In this document: positions 60,866 through 63,718 of the stretch, piece after piece
Position numbering within the stretch: the stretch's first letter is position 1
Layout of the letters: every line of letters starts with the position of its first letter
DNA from: Pseudomonadota bacterium
Lineage (GTDB): Bacteria > Chloroflexota > Ktedonobacteria > Ktedonobacterales > JADMIN01
Direction: 5' to 3'
DNA: 63,718 nucleotides
Assembly (NCBI GenBank): GCA_021324535.1
Contig: JAJPIU010000130.1
Location: 1 to 63,718 of the forward strand
Notes under the pieces: generated by a model
The model's database searches: none
What the model was told of the DNA's origin: nothing
The model's input: only the letters and a program-made list of their open reading frames with translations
Program-made: the position numbers and the translations under genes

Positions 60866-61047
60866 AAGTCCTCTATCTTGTATCCTGGAGTGCGGTGAAG
60901 TTGTGAAGATGGGTAGGCCAGTGGTGGCGTACCCCTTGCTACACACTGATTATAACGCGACATGCGCCAGCGACGTTCCGTTCCCTCTATCTTGAGCGGC
61001 ATATAATATGGGCCAGGAGATGATTTCGCAGCGGGAGGGGTAACGCT

Positions 61048-63051
61048 ATGTCGGCGCCCGTCGTCGGCCCACCATCCGCGCCACCGGAAGATGAGGCGCA
61101 TACGCAGCCGCCAGCGCCGGGCGGATTGTTGCGCATTCGTCGCATAATGGCCGCTCTGATGGGCGCATGGCCGGTTGCATGGCGCACGCGCTGGCCAGCG
61201 CTGCGTGGCTATGTGGCGGCGATAGGCGGTGTGGCGCTGGCCAGCCTGGCGATTGTGATGAGCCAGCTTGTGGCGCATATCGAAAACATCTCGCTGCTCT
61301 ATCTGCTGGTGGTGTTGGGGCTGGCTGCCTTCTTTGGGCGCGGCCCAGCGATCTTTGCTTCGGTGCTGGCCTTTCTGGCATATGACTTCTTCTTCATTCC
61401 CCCGCTCTATCGCCTGACGGTCAGCGATCCCACCGAGTGGCTCTCGCTGCTGGCGCTGCTGGCGGCCTCGCTGGTGGCCGGGCAACTGGCTACCGTCATG
61501 CGGGCGAGGGCGCGCGAGGCTCGTGAGAGTGAGCAACGCACGGCCACGCTCTATGCGCTCGCGCAGTTGATCAGCAAGACGACGGACGAGGAGGCGTTGT
61601 ATGTTGCTCTGACGGAGCGTGTCGTCGAGGTTTTTAGGCCGTTTGGCGTCGAAGCCTGCGCGATCCTCCTGCCGGAGGGGGAAGACGTCGCAGAAGATCA
61701 GTGGGCGCCCATAGGGCAGATGCGCGCCTACGGAACTGGAACGAAGCTCACCGTGCGTGCCCTGGCCCCGACGGATACTCCCTTCGCCAACGTATTGCGT
61801 CTGACCGAGCGGCGAAATGTGACACGCGCGACCTGGGCGTACGAGCATGGCCTTTCCACAGGAGGCGCCATCCATCCCGACGCCAACAATCACAATCACA
61901 ATCACGTATCCCTGCCGAGCAAGAAAAACAGCGCCTCATCTGACGCCACGCCAACCATCTTCTTTGCGCCGTTGCAGATCGGCTCGAAAACACTTGGTAT
62001 ACTGGCGGTCGCCGGGTATGGGGCGCTCTGGCGCTTGATGCTGGGCAGCCGTGCGGATATTGCCAGGTGGGTGAGAATGCCGATGGGGGTGAAGCTCTCA
62101 ATTCAGCGGACACCGCGCCGATTGCTTCGCTTCATGGGTGGCTCCCGACGTTGGCGCGTAGCGCCAGATGCGCAGCTTGCTCCGGCGCGTGCGCTCTTCG
62201 CGGGCTTTCGTGATCAGATTGCGCTGGCGGTGGAGCGACAGCAGCTTGCGCGCGAGGCTGTGCATGTGGCGGCGCTGCGCGAGAGCGACCGCATGAAGAA
62301 CGCCCTGCTTGGCACGGTGACGCACGATCTGCGCACGCCGCTTGCTTCGATTCGTGCGGCGACCGAGAGCCTGTTGGAGGCTAGCGCCGCCTGGGATGAG
62401 GAGCAACGTCGCTACTTTCTCGAGACCATCCATTCCAGCGAGATGCGCCTGAGCCATATGGTCGCAAACCTGCTCGATCTCTCACGACTGGAAGCTGGCG
62501 CGGCTATCCCACAGAAACAGTGGTATCCCATCGGCGATGTGATCTCCGCCACGCTCGACCGGCTCGATCTCATCGGCGTGACGGCAGGTAGGCCAATCGA
62601 GCTGGATGTTCCCACAGACCTGCCGCTGGTTCCGCTGGATCACGAGCAGATCGAAGAGGTGGTGACGAATCTGATCGAAAACGCCGTCAAGTATTCGCCC
62701 GCCGGTAAGCCAATCGGCGTGAGCGCCCGCCTTGTGAAGTCGGCCCATGCCAATGAAACGGGTGAAATCGAGGTTCACATTAGCGATCAGGGTGAGGGAA
62801 TCCCCGCAAGTGAGTTGACGGCGATCTTCGATAAGTTCTATCGTGTGCAACGGGGGAAACGTGGCGGCAAGCAACCTGGTGGCGCTGGCCTGGGGTTGGC
62901 TATCTGCGCGGCAATTATTGCGGCCCACGGTGGGCGCATCTGGGCGGAAAGCCAGCCTGGGCTTGGTTCGACGTTTATCTTCCGGCTGCCGATCCCTCGC
63001 GATGATGCGCGCCCGCTCCCGACGGAGGGTATCTCCAATGCCAACGAGTGA
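61048..63051 (+). CDS. KdpD-like sensor histidine kinase (DUF4118-GAF-HisKA-HATPase)
   Basis: YDFFFIPPLY TM block, H-box THDLRTPL, N-box NLIENAVKY, DQGEG, IFDKFYR, GAGLGL. Confidence 0.9.
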   Translation: MSAPVVGPPSAPPEDEAHTQPPAPGGLLRIRRIMAALMGAWPVAWRTRWPALRGYVAAIGGVALASLAIVMSQLVAHIENISLLYLLVVLGLAAFFGRGPAIFASVLAFLAYDFFFIPPLYRLTVSDPTEWLSLLALLAASLVAGQLATVMRARAREARESEQRTATLYALAQLISKTTDEEALYVALTERVVEVFRPFGVEACAILLPEGEDVAEDQWAPIGQMRAYGTGTKLTVRALAPTDTPFANVLRLTERRNVTRATWAYEHGLSTGGAIHPDANNHNHNHVSLPSKKNSASSDATPTIFFAPLQIGSKTLGILAVAGYGALWRLMLGSRADIARWVRMPMGVKLSIQRTPRRLLRFMGGSRRWRVAPDAQLAPARALFAGFRDQIALAVERQQLAREAVHVAALRESDRMKNALLGTVTHDLRTPLASIRAATESLLEASAAWDEEQRRYFLETIHSSEMRLSHMVANLLDLSRLEAGAAIPQKQWYPIGDVISATLDRLDLIGVTAGRPIELDVPTDLPLVPLDHEQIEEVVTNLIENAVKYSPAGKPIGVSARLVKSAHANETGEIEVHISDQGEGIPASELTAIFDKFYRVQRGKRGGKQPGGAGLGLAICAAIIAAHGGRIWAESQPGLGSTFIFRLPIPRDDARPLPTEGISNANE

Positions 63052-63718
63052 GCGCGATCCACAAGACGCACAACCACAAGCCATACCATCCAGCGACACA
63101 GGCCAACCTATCTCAAACGCAGGCGCGCCCAGGAAGGTTGAAAAAGGCGCGCGCGTGCTGGTGGTTGACGATGAGCCGGAGCTACGCCGCGCCGTCAGTT
63201 TGCGGTTGCAGGGTGAGGGCTTCGTTGTTGCAGGGGCCGAGACAGGCGCCGAAGGGCTTGAGATGCTGGCGCGCTGGCGGCCTGATGTGATCATCCTCGA
63301 TCTCTCGCTGCCTGATATGGACGGACTCGAGGTGTGCCGACAGGCGCGGGCACGGTCAGCGACGCCAATCATTGTGCTCTCCGTGCGGGAAAGCGACGAC
63401 GACAAGGTGACGGCGCTTGAATCTGGGGCCGACGACTATCTGACCAAACCCTTTAGCAGCCGCGAACTGGTAGCGCGCGTGCGTCTGGCCTTGCGCCATG
63501 CCGCGCAGGTTGCTGGCGGATCAGGCGCCGCAACAGAGGCGCGCTTCCAGACGGGCGGTCTGATGATTGACTACACACGCCGCCTTGTCACCGTGGATGG
63601 CAAGGATGTCCATCTGACACCTACTGAATACGACATGCTCAAATATCTCGCGCGCCACGCAGGCAAGGTGATCACCCGTCGCACGCTGCTTATTGGCGTG
63701 TGGGGGCCACAGTACGCC
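63038..63718 (+). CDS. KdpE/OmpR-family response regulator, 3'-truncated by the window edge
   Basis: Manual translation from ATG 63038: VLVVDDEP, ILDLSLPDMDG, GADDYLTKPF, LTPTEY, HAGKVIT..LL..VWG. Confidence 0.9.
   Translation, partial: MPTSERDPQDAQPQAIPSSDTGQPISNAGAPRKVEKGARVLVVDDEPELRRAVSLRLQGEGFVVAGAETGAEGLEMLARWRPDVIILDLSLPDMDGLEVCRQARARSATPIIVLSVRESDDDKVTALESGADDYLTKPFSSRELVARVRLALRHAAQVAGGSGAATEARFQTGGLMIDYTRRLVTVDGKDVHLTPTEYDMLKYLARHAGKVITRRTLLIGVWGPQYA

Overview
High-GC bacterial chromosome segment, probably Chloroflexota and most consistent with Ktedonobacteria (inference from gene repertoire and repeat style). It carries about 57 genes or gene remnants. I saw no rRNA, tRNA, CRISPR array or intact transposase. 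Main blocks: (1) a self-contained PEP-dependent dihydroxyacetone cluster (DhaR-like activator without GAFTGA, AqpM-like channel, dhaK-dhaL-dhaM, own HPr and enzyme I); (2) queD, gdhA, a GT-C glycosyltransferase and an intact family-B DNA polymerase; (3) a Rieske/cytochrome b complex with split cytochrome b, a cytochrome c-cupredoxin fusion and a large unknown polytopic protein; (4) a K+-independent H+-PPase, an MFS transporter and a small decayed patch (hydrolase fragment, AT-richer orphan, Nudix with its catalytic box deleted); (5) recX, deaD, HelY-like helicase, nfo, rpiA and an MNT with a truncated HEPN; (6) a candidate undescribed signalling locus: DUF4388-IDR-wHTH, followed by a Cache-domain chemoreceptor-like protein that lacks the CheA/CheW-binding tip and has a long G/M/Q-rich tail, followed by a stand-alone cNMP-binding protein; (7) tyrS, a split ACAD10/11-like pair, Pnkp without an adjacent Hen1, pspA-pspAA, PMM/PGM and a KdpD/KdpE-like pair. 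A family of palindromic REP-like elements sits directly after stop codons at six sites. All family calls come from reading motifs by eye; no searches were run.
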